Source: an uncultured Gemmatimonadales bacterium (GTDB lineage Bacteria; Gemmatimonadota; Gemmatimonadetes; Gemmatimonadales; GWC2-71-9). Taken from it: a stretch of DNA of 64,000 bases. A program made the translations under genes and the position numbers. This document shows, in pieces, positions 53,319 through 62,766 of this stretch. The notes under the pieces were generated by a model. That model had not been told where the DNA came from, did not search any database, and worked only from the letters and a program-made list of their open reading frames with translations. Numbering within the stretch: the stretch's first letter is position 1; every line of letters starts with the position of its first letter. The stretch is from NCBI GenBank assembly GCA_963739455.1, contig CAVUAK010000001.1, positions 231,300-295,299 of the forward strand, given 5' to 3'.

Positions 53319-55916
53319 ATGCCGCTCAACATCGCCGTCGCGGCCCTCAACTGGTTCGCCTCGCGCCAGACAGTCCTCGACACCGGCGTCCGCCGTGCCC
53401 TGCGCATCATGTGCTTCGGCGCGCTGAGCGTCTTTATCGGGAACTGCATCTCGGTCTGGTACCTGCTCGTCCTGCACTCGAAGCCCACGGCCTCACCCGC
53501 CGACTTCTTCTACCTCTCCGACAGCATCCTTCTCCTCGTCGGCCTGCTGATGTTCCCGCTCAGCCGCCGGATCCGCGTGGAGCGCTGGAAGCTCGTCCTC
53601 GACGCCGCCATGGTGCTCGCCGGCGGCGTCGTGCTCGTCTGGTACTTCGCCATCCGGCCGTCGGCCGATGCCCAGGGTGACAGCACGACGCTCACCCTGC
53701 TGACCTACGCCTTCCCGCTCACCAGTCTCCTGTTGCTGCTCGGCGTCACCACCGTGCTGCTGCGCGGGCCGCTCGACAAGAACCGCGAGGCGTTCAGCTG
53801 CCTGGTGGGCGGCATCCTGGTCAGCATCGTCAGTGACCTCGCCTTCGACCTGGTGCTGCTCGAGACCGGTGAGCGGAGTGCCAGCTGGACCGATGGCGTC
53901 TACCTGCTCTCCTATCTCCTCCTCATCGCCAGCGCCGAGCTCTACTGGAAGCGGCCGGTCGCGAGGGGATGGACCACCGCCGATCAGGAGCCCCGCGCCC
54001 AGGTCCTGAGCCCCCTGCCGTATCTCGCGGCGGCGGCGGTGTTCTGGCTCCTGTTCACTGATGGCGTGCACCCCTGGATCGACCCCCTGAGCGGGCTCGT
54101 GGCGGGCGCCACCGTGATCACGTTCCTCATGGTCATCCGGCAGGTGGTGGCAGTGCGCCAGAACGTGCGACTGCTCGAGGAAACCGCCGCCCGTCAGGGC
54201 GAGGCGCGCTTCCGCTCGCTGGTCCAGAACTCGTCCGACGTGATCATCCTCGTGAACACCGCGGCCAGCGTCACCTACGTCAGCCCGTCGGCGTCGCGCG
54301 TGCTGCGCTACGATCCCACCGCCCTCATGGATCGCTCGCTGCTTCACGCTCATCGATCCCGACGATCGCGCGCGCGCCGAGTCCTTCTTCCGCGAAGCGA
54401 CGACCTCCCGCGGCGTCAGTGCACCCACCGAGTTGCGCTTCCTGCAGCCCGAGGGTGCGCCGCTGCATGCCGAGGTGATCGCCACCAACCTTCTCGGCGA
54501 CCCGATCGTGAACGGCATCGTGCTCAACACCCGGGACATCTCCGAGCGGAAGCGCTTCGAGCAGCAGTTGCTGCACCAGGCCTTCCACGACCCGCTCACC
54601 GGCCTCGCCAACCGCGCGCTGTTCCGCGATCGCGTGGATCACGCCCTCAAGCTCGCGAAGCGGCAGCGGCACGCGATCACCGTGCTCTTCCTCGACCTCG
54701 ACGACTTCAAGAAGGTCAACGACAGCTTCGGGCACGGCGAGGGCGACAAGCTGCTGGTCGCTGGCCGCCGAGCGCTTCCGCTCCTGTGCCCGCGCCGCCG
54801 ACACCGTGGCCCGGCTGGGTGGCGACGAGTTCGCCATCCTGATCGAGGATTCCACCGGCCCCGAGGAACAGCAGGCCCTGATCGAGCGGCTCACCAGTTC
54901 CATGGCGCAGCCGTTCATGCTGAGCGGCAACGAGGTGTTCGTCACCGCCAGCGTCGGCATCGCCGCCGCCGTCACCGGCGAGAGCGTGAGCGACGTGCTC
55001 CGCAACGCCGACACCGCCATGTACGCCGCCAAGCGCGCCGGCAAGGGCCGCTTCGAGGCCTACGCCTCGCAGATGTCCTCCGACGTGCGCCATCGCCTGG
55101 AGCTCGAGCGCGGCCCTGCGGCGCGCGCTCGAGAAGGGCGAGCTGGTGCTCCACTACCAGCCCATCGTCTCCCTGCACACCGGCAGCATGACCGGCGTCG
55201 AGGCCCTGGTGCGCTGGGAGCACCCGCAGTTCGGTCACCTGCTGCCCGGGCATTTCATCCCCATGGCGGAGGAGACGGGGCTCATTACCCGCGTTGGCAG
55301 CTGGGTGCTCCACGAGGCTTGCCGCCAGGTCGGGCGCTGGCGCCGGGAGCATCCTGCGTTGAACCTGACGGTGGCAGTGAACATCTCCGGGCGCGAGCTG
55401 CACGAGCACAACATCGTGGAAGACGTGCGCATCGCCCTGGCCGAGACCCGCATCGATCCCAAGGCCCTGGTCCTCGAGATCACCGAGAGCGTGCTGATGC
55501 AGGAGACACCGATGGTGCTCGAGCGCCTGCAGCAGCTCAAGGCACTCGGCGTGCAGCTCGCCATCGACGACTTCGGCACCGGGTACTCGTCGCTGAGCTA
55601 CCTGCAGCGGTTCCCCATCGACATCCTCAAGATCGCCAAGCCGTTCATCGACGAAGTCGGCGGCGGCGGCGATCGATCTGCCCTTGCCCGCGCCATCATC
55701 GGCCTGGGCGACACCCTGAAGCTCCGCACCATCGCCGAGGGCATCGAGACACCCGCCCAGGTGGCAGCGCTCCTCGAGCTCGGCTGCAACATGGGCCAGG
55801 GCTATCACTTCTCCACGGCGCTTACCGCCACGCAGCTCGAGCACGCCCTCGCCGGCCGCACATTCCCCGCCCTACCCGCCTCACCCGCCCTCCCCGCCCT
55901 CCCCGCCCTGTTGTAA
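53319..55916 (+). pseudogene. membrane-anchored PAS-GGDEF-EAL (c-di-GMP turnover) protein with three single-G insertions
   Basis: Pieces 53319..54842, 54433..55191, 54806..56200 and 55146..55916. Multi-TM N-terminus; the frame stays open upstream to 53151, with a possible CTG 53181 start. PAS-like FRSLVQNSSDVIILV, RLGGDEFAIL, HYQPIV..VEALVRWEHP..DDFGTGYSSLSYL. Extra g at 54348, 54763 and 55112. Confidence 0.75.
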
Positions 55917-55985
55917 CCTCCCCGCCCTCCCCGCCTTCCCCGCCCTGTTGTAACCTCCCCGCCCTCCCCGCCTTCCCCGCCCTGC
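55862..55985. repeat. nonamer-family tract plus a perfect 37-bp tandem duplication (55905-55941 / 55942-55978)
   Basis: gccctgttgtaacctccccgccctccccgccttcccc occurs twice back to back, then gccctg again. The EAL gene's TAA (55914-55916) lies in copy 1 and is duplicated at 55951-55953. Confidence 0.9.
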
Positions 55986-56001
55986 AGTATCCTTGGGCGC
56001 C

Positions 56002-58518
56002 ATGCAGCGATCCGTTCCAGAACTGCTTTCCCCCGCCGGCACCCTCGACGCCGCGCGCGCTGCCCTCGCCAACGGGGCCAACGCCGTCTATCTCGGCGCT
56101 GAGCGCTTCAACGCCCGTGACGACGGTGCCCAGCTCACCATGGACGAGCTGGAACAGGCCTGCCTCCTGGCGCACGCCCGCGGCGCCCGCATCTACCTGA
56201 CGTTCAACGTGCTCATGAAGCCCGCGGAGCTGCGCGAGGCGCTGGTCCACCTGGGTGACTGCATCGACCGCGGCATCGACGCCGCGATCGTCCAGGACAT
56301 TGGCGCCGTGCGGCTCATCCAGCAGGTCTACCCGGAACTCGAGATCCACGGTTCCACCCAGATGACGGTGCACGATGAGTCCGGTGCGCGGGTAGCGCAG
56401 GAACTGGGTATCGACCGCGTCGTGCTCGCCCGCGAGAACACCCTGGAGGACATCCAGGCCATTCGTCAGGCCGTTCCAGGCCTTGGCCTCGAGAGCTTCA
56501 TTCACGGCGCGCTGTGCATCGCCTACTCCGGGCAGTGCTACATGTCGGGCATGATCTCGGAGCGGAGTGCCAATCGCGGCGCCTGCGCCCAGTCCTGCCG
56601 CAAGGACTACGTGCTCACCGACACCGCCGACGGCGCCGAGCTCGATCGCGGTTACCTCATCTCGGCGAAGGACCTGTCGGCGGCAGAGCATCTCGAGGGC
56701 ATTGCCGACGCCGGCATCGGGTGCATCAAGATCGAGGGACGGAAGAAGAAGCCGGAGTACGTCGCGACCGTCACCCACACCTATCGCAACTTCCTCGATA
56801 GGCTGGCGGAGGGGCACTGGGCCCCGCCCACGCCGGTTGAGACGCAACCGCTGGTACAGATCTTCTCCCGCGGCTTCACTGGTGGCATGTATGGCGGGCG
56901 CGCGGGACGCGACTACATCACCCGCAACCAGCCCGATAATCGGGGCGCCGAGCTTGGGGTTGTGGTCGGTATGGAGGGGAACGAGCTGGTCATTGCTGTC
57001 ACCGAGCCGATCGGCGTGGGTGACGGCCTTGGCTTCGAGCATCCCGATGGCGCCGCGCGCGGTAACACCGGCTTCGCCGTCAGTCGCGTGCGCACCATCT
57101 CCACCCGCGACGGGCGAGTGACGCAGGCGATCCCCGCTGACGAGAAGGTGGCTGCCGGCTGGATCGTCGTGCGCTCCTCCCAGGCGTCACTCATCAATGA
57201 GGCACGGGCCTCATTCTCGGCGGTGGAGAAGCGCGCCGATGCGCCCCGCATCCGGCTCGACGCCGCCGTGAGCGGTATCGCCGGCTCGCCACTCACCTTC
57301 ACGTGTACTACTGGTGACGACACCGTCACTCTTCAGAGCGCCATGCCGCTCGGAGTCGCCGAGAAGCGGCCACTGGATTCAGCGCGCCTTCGCGAGCAGC
57401 TCGGCCGCCTCGGCGAGACGCCGTACACGCTCGGCGCACTGGACATCTCAGGCCTCGCCATCGACGTCTTCCTCCCGGTCAGCGAGCTCAACGAACTACG
57501 CCAGCTCGCAGTCAAGGAGCTACTCTCCCGTCGCGCCGCCGCCGAACAGGCCCGTCTCGATGCGCGCGTCGCGGCCATCGACTCGTCCGTGCGAGGCGTT
57601 CGCGCTGCTGAGTCATTGCGAGGCGTTCGCTTCGCGAACGCCGAAGCAATCCCGCGACCTTCGAGCGGAGTCCTCGTCGCCGAGGTCTTTTCCCTCGACC
57701 AGGCCCGTGCGGCAGCGCCTCACGCCGATGAGATCTCCCTCGACCTGTTCCTTCGACACCCCACCCCGCCCACAACCCGGGTCAAGGCGTTGATCGAGGA
57801 ACTGCACGCCGCCGGCAAGATCCTCCGTCTCCGCACCCCCACCATCGTGCGCCCCGAGGAACGGAAAACGCTCGACAAGTGGCTGGCGCTCGGGACGCCG
57901 GTCGTGAGCGGGCACCTCGGCCTGGTCGCGGAGTTGGCCCGTGCCGGCCGCGATGTCGTCGCCGACTATGCGGTCAATTGCTTCAACCAGCACACTGCCG
58001 CCGAGATTTTCCGCCTCGGCGCAACCCGCATTGTCCCGTCAATCGAACTGACTTTGGAAGAGCTGGCCCAGGTCTCCGCCCCATGGGAGGGCGCGGGCTT
58101 CGAGGTGTTCGTCTACGGCCGGCCGGAGGGGATGACGCTGGAACACTGCGTGCTCTCGGCCGCCTTCGATCGCGAGGTGACTACCTGTCGGGACCTCTGC
58201 GTGCAGAAGCACCCGAATGTGGAACTGACGGATCCTGCGGGATATGTCTTTCCGGTAGCGACCGACTCGGCCTGCCGAAATCGCCTGCTGCACTCCCGCC
58301 CGGTTGACGCCTCGGAATACCTGCCGGCGCTCTGGCTGCACGGCGTCCGCACCTTCCGTCTCGTCTTCAACGTTCCCGGCGACCCCGTGGCCGAGGTTAC
58401 CGCCGCTTACCGTGCCGCGATCGATGCCGTGGCCATTGGCGCCAGACCGGATGTGCGTTCGATCCGCAAGCTCAATGGAACGGCCTTCACCCGAGGCCAC
58501 TTCGCCCGCGCCGTGTAG
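56002..58518 (+). CDS. U32-family peptidase (collagenase-like), long form
   Basis: ORF begins at TTG 55993; ATG 56002 gives MQRSVPELLSPAGTLDAARAALANGANAVYLGAERFNAR, typical of the U32 N-terminus. Cys-rich central block ...ALCIAYSGQCYMSG..GACAQSCR. Confidence 0.8.
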   Translation: MQRSVPELLSPAGTLDAARAALANGANAVYLGAERFNARDDGAQLTMDELEQACLLAHARGARIYLTFNVLMKPAELREALVHLGDCIDRGIDAAIVQDIGAVRLIQQVYPELEIHGSTQMTVHDESGARVAQELGIDRVVLARENTLEDIQAIRQAVPGLGLESFIHGALCIAYSGQCYMSGMISERSANRGACAQSCRKDYVLTDTADGAELDRGYLISAKDLSAAEHLEGIADAGIGCIKIEGRKKKPEYVATVTHTYRNFLDRLAEGHWAPPTPVETQPLVQIFSRGFTGGMYGGRAGRDYITRNQPDNRGAELGVVVGMEGNELVIAVTEPIGVGDGLGFEHPDGAARGNTGFAVSRVRTISTRDGRVTQAIPADEKVAAGWIVVRSSQASLINEARASFSAVEKRADAPRIRLDAAVSGIAGSPLTFTCTTGDDTVTLQSAMPLGVAEKRPLDSARLREQLGRLGETPYTLGALDISGLAIDVFLPVSELNELRQLAVKELLSRRAAAEQARLDARVAAIDSSVRGVRAAESLRGVRFANAEAIPRPSSGVLVAEVFSLDQARAAAPHADEISLDLFLRHPTPPTTRVKALIEELHAAGKILRLRTPTIVRPEERKTLDKWLALGTPVVSGHLGLVAELARAGRDVVADYAVNCFNQHTAAEIFRLGATRIVPSIELTLEELAQVSAPWEGAGFEVFVYGRPEGMTLEHCVLSAAFDREVTTCRDLCVQKHPNVELTDPAGYVFPVATDSACRNRLLHSRPVDASEYLPALWLHGVRTFRLVFNVPGDPVAEVTAAYRAAIDAVAIGARPDVRSIRKLNGTAFTRGHFARAV

Positions 58519-58556
58519 CTGTTTCAGTTCCGCAGTCGCAGCTCCTCCTTACGCAG

Positions 58557-59450
58557 TTACACGTACAGCCTCCTCAACATGTCTGCCGCCGACTCGTCCA
58601 GCAGTTCCTGGCTCCTCAGCTGGTCAAAGATCCCCAGCAGGTTCTCCACCCGCAGGTGCTGCTTCTCCCGCCCACGGATTTCCCGCACGATCCTGCCCCG
58701 GTGCATCATCAGCACCCTGTCGCCCAGTCGCACCGCCTGGTGCATCGAGTGCGTCACCATCAGCGTCGTGAGCCGCTGCCTCGACACCACCCGCTCCGTC
58801 AGCTTCACCACCTGCTCCACGCTCCGCGGATCGAGCGCCGCGGTGTGCTCATCCAGCAGCAGCAGGCTCGGCTTCACGAGCGTCGCCATCAGCAGCGTCA
58901 GCGCCTGGCGCTCTCCCCCGGAGAGAGTCCCCATCTTCGCGTCGAGCCGATCCTCCAGCCCCAGGTGCAGTGTGCTCACCTGCTTGCGCAGTTCCTCCCT
59001 GCGCGACGTTGTCAGCGCCCAGCGCAGCGCGAACGGGCTCTTCTCCCGGTCGAGCGCCAGCGAGAGGTTCTCCGCGATCGTCAGGTTGGGCGCCGTGCCC
59101 TTGAGCGGATCCTGGAACACTCGGCCCACATGCTGTGCCCGCCGGTACTCATCCTGTTTCGTCACGTCGGCGCCATCGAGCTTGATGGTGCCCGAATCCG
59201 GTGGGAACGCTCCCGCCACCGCGTTGAGCAGCGTGGACTTGCCCGACCCGTTCATCCCCACCACCGTCACGAAATCGCCCGGGGCCAGCGTAAGGCTGAC
59301 GTCGATCAGGGCGCGCACCTCATTTGCCGTGCCGCGCTCGAACGTGTGGTTGAGGTCGTGCACTTCGAGGGTCGGCGGCGGTGTCTCCTGCGCCACGCCG
59401 TGCTCGAAGTCGTAGGCCGCATCGCGCGGAGTCGGCGCGGACTCAGGCAT
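58557..59450 (-). CDS. ABC transporter ATP-binding protein
   Basis: Walker A GMNGSGKST, signature LSGGERQ, Walker B LLLLDEHTAALD. 8-nt overlap with the permease gene. Confidence 0.85.
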   Translation of the reverse strand: MPESAPTPRDAAYDFEHGVAQETPPPTLEVHDLNHTFERGTANEVRALIDVSLTLAPGDFVTVVGMNGSGKSTLLNAVAGAFPPDSGTIKLDGADVTKQDEYRRAQHVGRVFQDPLKGTAPNLTIAENLSLALDREKSPFALRWALTTSRREELRKQVSTLHLGLEDRLDAKMGTLSGGERQALTLLMATLVKPSLLLLDEHTAALDPRSVEQVVKLTERVVSRQRLTTLMVTHSMHQAVRLGDRVLMMHRGRIVREIRGREKQHLRVENLLGIFDQLRSQELLDESAADMLRRLYV

Positions 59451-60378
59451 CGGCGGCCTCCGGGCTCAGTCGACGCCGGCGGATCAGGTCCGGAATGATC
59501 AGCACCGCCAGCACCAGCGCCGCCGTCACCAGCTTGAGCGTGTTCGCCGGCAGGCCTGCCGCAATCGCCGCCGCCACGACGAGTCGTAGCAGGATCGAAC
59601 CCAGCACCACACCGCCGATGCGTGCGCTCATAGACCGGCCCCGCAGCAAGCCCTCGTCGATCGCCACCGCAGCCAGGCCCGTCACCAGGTTCCCGATGCT
59701 CATCTGGATGGTGACGAACCCCTGGTACTGCGCGAACAGTGCACCACTCAGCCCGACCAGCCCGTTGGACACTGCGAGCCCGGCGATGAACACCATCGCG
59801 TCATCGATCCCCATCGAGCGCGCCATCTGCGCATTGTCACCGGTGGCGCGCATCGCGAGGCCGAGCGATGTGCGGAAGAATCGGTCCACCAGGAAAACCG
59901 CGGTGCCCACCGCTGGCAGCATGGCGAGGAAGGTGGAGAGCGTGCGGGCGCTCACCTCGGTGCCGAAGATCGTGGCACCCGACTCCGGGCCGCCGAACCA
60001 CTGCCACAGTGCGAACGCCTGCGTCGGCAGCGTGCGGGTGGACGCGAGCGAGATGTCGCCGCCACCCATGATGAGGAGATCCAGCGAGTAGAGCGCCGTT
60101 GCCACCAGCAGGCCCGAGAGCAAGCGACTCACGCCGAGCCGTCGATGGATCATCCCTGACACCGCCCCTGCCAGCATCCCGGCAATGAATCCCGCCGCCG
60201 ATGCCCAGAACGAGGCCATGCCGCGCGCAAGCAGCACCCCCGCCACGACCGCGCCGAATGCGAACGAACCATCCACCGTGAGATCGAAGGTGTCGAGTAC
60301 CCGGTAGGAGATGTAGACGCCGAGGCCGAGCAGCGAGAGCACCAGCCCCATCGAGAGGGCGCCAATGAGGAGGTTCAC
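59443..60378 (-). CDS. ABC transporter permease (branched-chain amino-acid-type fold, COG4120-like)
   Basis: 311 aa with about 8-9 TM helices. GTGA overlap with the upstream gene. Confidence 0.75.
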   Translation of the reverse strand: MNLLIGALSMGLVLSLLGLGVYISYRVLDTFDLTVDGSFAFGAVVAGVLLARGMASFWASAAGFIAGMLAGAVSGMIHRRLGVSRLLSGLLVATALYSLDLLIMGGGDISLASTRTLPTQAFALWQWFGGPESGATIFGTEVSARTLSTFLAMLPAVGTAVFLVDRFFRTSLGLAMRATGDNAQMARSMGIDDAMVFIAGLAVSNGLVGLSGALFAQYQGFVTIQMSIGNLVTGLAAVAIDEGLLRGRSMSARIGGVVLGSILLRLVVAAAIAAGLPANTLKLVTAALVLAVLIIPDLIRRRRLSPEAADA

Positions 60379-61661
60379 GACCCTCCTTCGATCGCCGAGA
60401 CCGGCGATACCCAGCAGATGCCCCGCTGGAACGCGCTCTCGCCTGCGCCCGCGGCACCGCGATCGTCGTGCAGCAGGTGCATGATCGAGCGGAGCGGCTG
60501 CTGCGAGAAGTACTTGGTCATCAGGGGGCGAAGCGCCACCGTGCGGAGCGGCACTGGGCGGAACTCGAAGACGGCGGCGTGAAAGTGTCCCAGGAGATCG
60601 TTCGACACACCAACTGGACGGAGCAGCGGCGCCAGGCGCGGGTCGGGCTGTCGCGATACGACGCCAGTTACCACCGCCACAGTGCCCTCGTGCACTCGTT
60701 CCGGCGTGATGCTGAAGCCGTCGCGCGCTTCAGGCATGGTGAATTTCACCGGCCGCGACGGGTCTGCCGGAGAGCGGCGGAGGCGAGCGCCCACCAGCCC
60801 CGCCACTTCCACCAGCATCACGACGCCAACCGTGGGAGACGACGAATGATCGAGACATACCCGCGCCAGTTCCGACAGCGGCACCGGTTGTCCACCGGGA
60901 CGCTTCGTGAAGCGGCTCAACGTCTCGAAGCCCCCCTCGCACAGGAGCCCGCTCCCGATCACCGCTGGTGCTGGCTCCTCAGTGGTGCCGATGAGGTAGT
61001 CAGGAACCGCGCCACCCTCGGTGGGCTCGTACGCCACCACGCCCGCCGCCGCAATCAGCTCGCCCATGCGCGGCGCGGCGTCGGCGAACTGCGCTCCGAT
61101 GGCGCCGATGCCCAGGCCGAACGCCTCCGGTCCCACCTTGATGCTGCTGGCATGATCGGCATCGATCCCGCCCCGGTCGATCCATGACGCGTCACCCAGC
61201 ACTCGGCAGGAAAGGCTCGCCCCCGGATTCCGCGCGGCACTTTCGTACAGGCCGTGCAGCAGCACCAGCTTCCCCGCCACTCGCCACTCGCTGGTGCCGC
61301 GCAGCGAGTTGAGCCCGCCCGACGATTGCCGGTTCACGGTGGGTGGCGGAGCTTCCGATCCGTGCACCAGCGAACGCGTCAGGTCCGCCGCGTCGAGCTG
61401 GTGCAGGATCGCCTCGTTCGGCGCCGCAATGCTGAGGACCCCCTTCACCATCGCGAACTCGTGCCCGCCCCGCGCCAGCACCTGCATCGCGGGCGTGCTC
61501 ATGTACGACACGCGGCTCATGTCGATGGTGGCTGTTCGCACCCCCTCTCGCAGGAACTGCGCGAGGATGTCCTCGAGGGCCAGGGCCCCCTCGGCGTCGA
61601 GGCGACCTTCCAAACGAACGACGGCGCCACCGGCGCCGTCGTAGGAAGGAACAGCGCGCAC
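60375..61661 (-). CDS. STAS-domain protein with a ~320-aa C-terminal domain of unknown function
   Basis: 428 aa, GTG start 2 nt after the binding-protein stop. The N-terminal VVRLEGRLDAEGALALEDIL..ATIDMSRVSYMSTPAMQVL is anti-sigma-antagonist/STAS-like. No TM helix or signal peptide. I do not recognise the rest of the protein. Confidence 0.55.
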   Translation of the reverse strand: MRAVPSYDGAGGAVVRLEGRLDAEGALALEDILAQFLREGVRTATIDMSRVSYMSTPAMQVLARGGHEFAMVKGVLSIAAPNEAILHQLDAADLTRSLVHGSEAPPPTVNRQSSGGLNSLRGTSEWRVAGKLVLLHGLYESAARNPGASLSCRVLGDASWIDRGGIDADHASSIKVGPEAFGLGIGAIGAQFADAAPRMGELIAAAGVVAYEPTEGGAVPDYLIGTTEEPAPAVIGSGLLCEGGFETLSRFTKRPGGQPVPLSELARVCLDHSSSPTVGVVMLVEVAGLVGARLRRSPADPSRPVKFTMPEARDGFSITPERVHEGTVAVVTGVVSRQPDPRLAPLLRPVGVSNDLLGHFHAAVFEFRPVPLRTVALRPLMTKYFSQQPLRSIMHLLHDDRGAAGAGESAFQRGICWVSPVSAIEGGS

Positions 61662-61663
61662 GG

Positions 61664-62656
61664 CTACTGGGCTGGGGCCGGCGCCGTCGGATTCTCGCCG
61701 GCGACTGACGTCTTCGTCGTTTCCAGCCTGTAGAACGGCACCGTGGCGAGGCTCTCTCCCTTGAGCGCCTTGGCCACCATGCCGCCTGCCACCACGCCGC
61801 CTTCCTGGAAGTCGGGGAAGAACGCCGCGGTGGCACCCTTCACCACCTCGAACGGCGACGGCGAGAACACCGGGACCTTGTTCTCCTTCGCCACCTTGAT
61901 GATGCTCTCGAACGCCGCGTGCGCCGCATTGCCGTAGATCTCGATCGCGCCCACCTTCTTCGCAATCAAGGCCGTCGTCGCTTCCGCACCCTCGGTCGGG
62001 CTGCTGATCGGCACCGCCACCACCGTCAGGCCCGCCGCCTTCGCCGACGCCGTCATCTTGTCCTTCATGCTCACCGCCAGCGGCTCCAGCGGGCTGTACA
62101 GCACCCCGATGCGCTTGGCGTTCGGCGCCACCTTCTGGATCAGCGCCACGCGGGCGCGCTGCTCCGGGTCGCCCAGGCCCGGCGAGTACACGCCGGTGAT
62201 GTTCGGGAGGTGGGACGAGTCGCTCGTGCCCGCGCCAGCTGCGAACGGATCGGACAGGACGTTGAAGACGACCGGCGTGGTCTTCACCCGCTCCACCGCC
62301 GACTTGAGGGTCTCGTCCTGCAGCGCCACGATCACGTCTGCCTTGGCGTCCAGCGCTGCATCGATCAGGCTCGGCAGAGTGGCCAGGTCGCCCTGGGCGC
62401 TGGAGATGGTAAAGACGAAGTCACGGCCCGGTTCCAGGCCTGCTTCCTGAAGGCCGACCTTGAGCGCGTCCTCGCTCCACTCGCTCCCGATCCAGTCGGC
62501 CGCGCGGATGATCGCAACTGTCTTGGGCTTGGGGGCCGCCGAGGCAGCCATCGCGGTGCTGTCAGCAGCTTTCCCGGCATCGCCCTTATTGCAGGCGCCG
62601 AGCCCGGCAACGAGAATCAGGGCCGACGCTGCCAGTGAACCATACCGCTCGAACAT
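61664..62656 (-). CDS. ABC transporter substrate-binding lipoprotein (COG2984/ABC_sub_bind-like)
   Basis: ORF extends to 62692. ATG 62656 gives MFERYGSLAASALILVAGLGAC. The KTVAIIRAADW..DVIVALQDETLKSAV..VVFNVLSDP pattern is typical of this family (recalled). Confidence 0.7.
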   Translation of the reverse strand: MFERYGSLAASALILVAGLGACNKGDAGKAADSTAMAASAAPKPKTVAIIRAADWIGSEWSEDALKVGLQEAGLEPGRDFVFTISSAQGDLATLPSLIDAALDAKADVIVALQDETLKSAVERVKTTPVVFNVLSDPFAAGAGTSDSSHLPNITGVYSPGLGDPEQRARVALIQKVAPNAKRIGVLYSPLEPLAVSMKDKMTASAKAAGLTVVAVPISSPTEGAEATTALIAKKVGAIEIYGNAAHAAFESIIKVAKENKVPVFSPSPFEVVKGATAAFFPDFQEGGVVAGGMVAKALKGESLATVPFYRLETTKTSVAGENPTAPAPAQ

Positions 62657-62747
62657 TGGAAGAACCCCCGGGATAGAACGTGGCAAGATCACGACACGCC
62701 TGAATCTAACACGCCATCAAGTCATCAAGTCTTCACGCCCTCACGCC

Positions 62748-62765
62748 CGGCTACTTCAGTAGCCG
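62748..62765 (-). terminator. 7-bp stem / 4-nt loop hairpin immediately 3' of the TPR gene stop
   Basis: cggctac ttca gtagccg read directly. There is no U-tract, so the terminator function is uncertain. Confidence 0.3.
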
Positions 62766-62766
62766 C

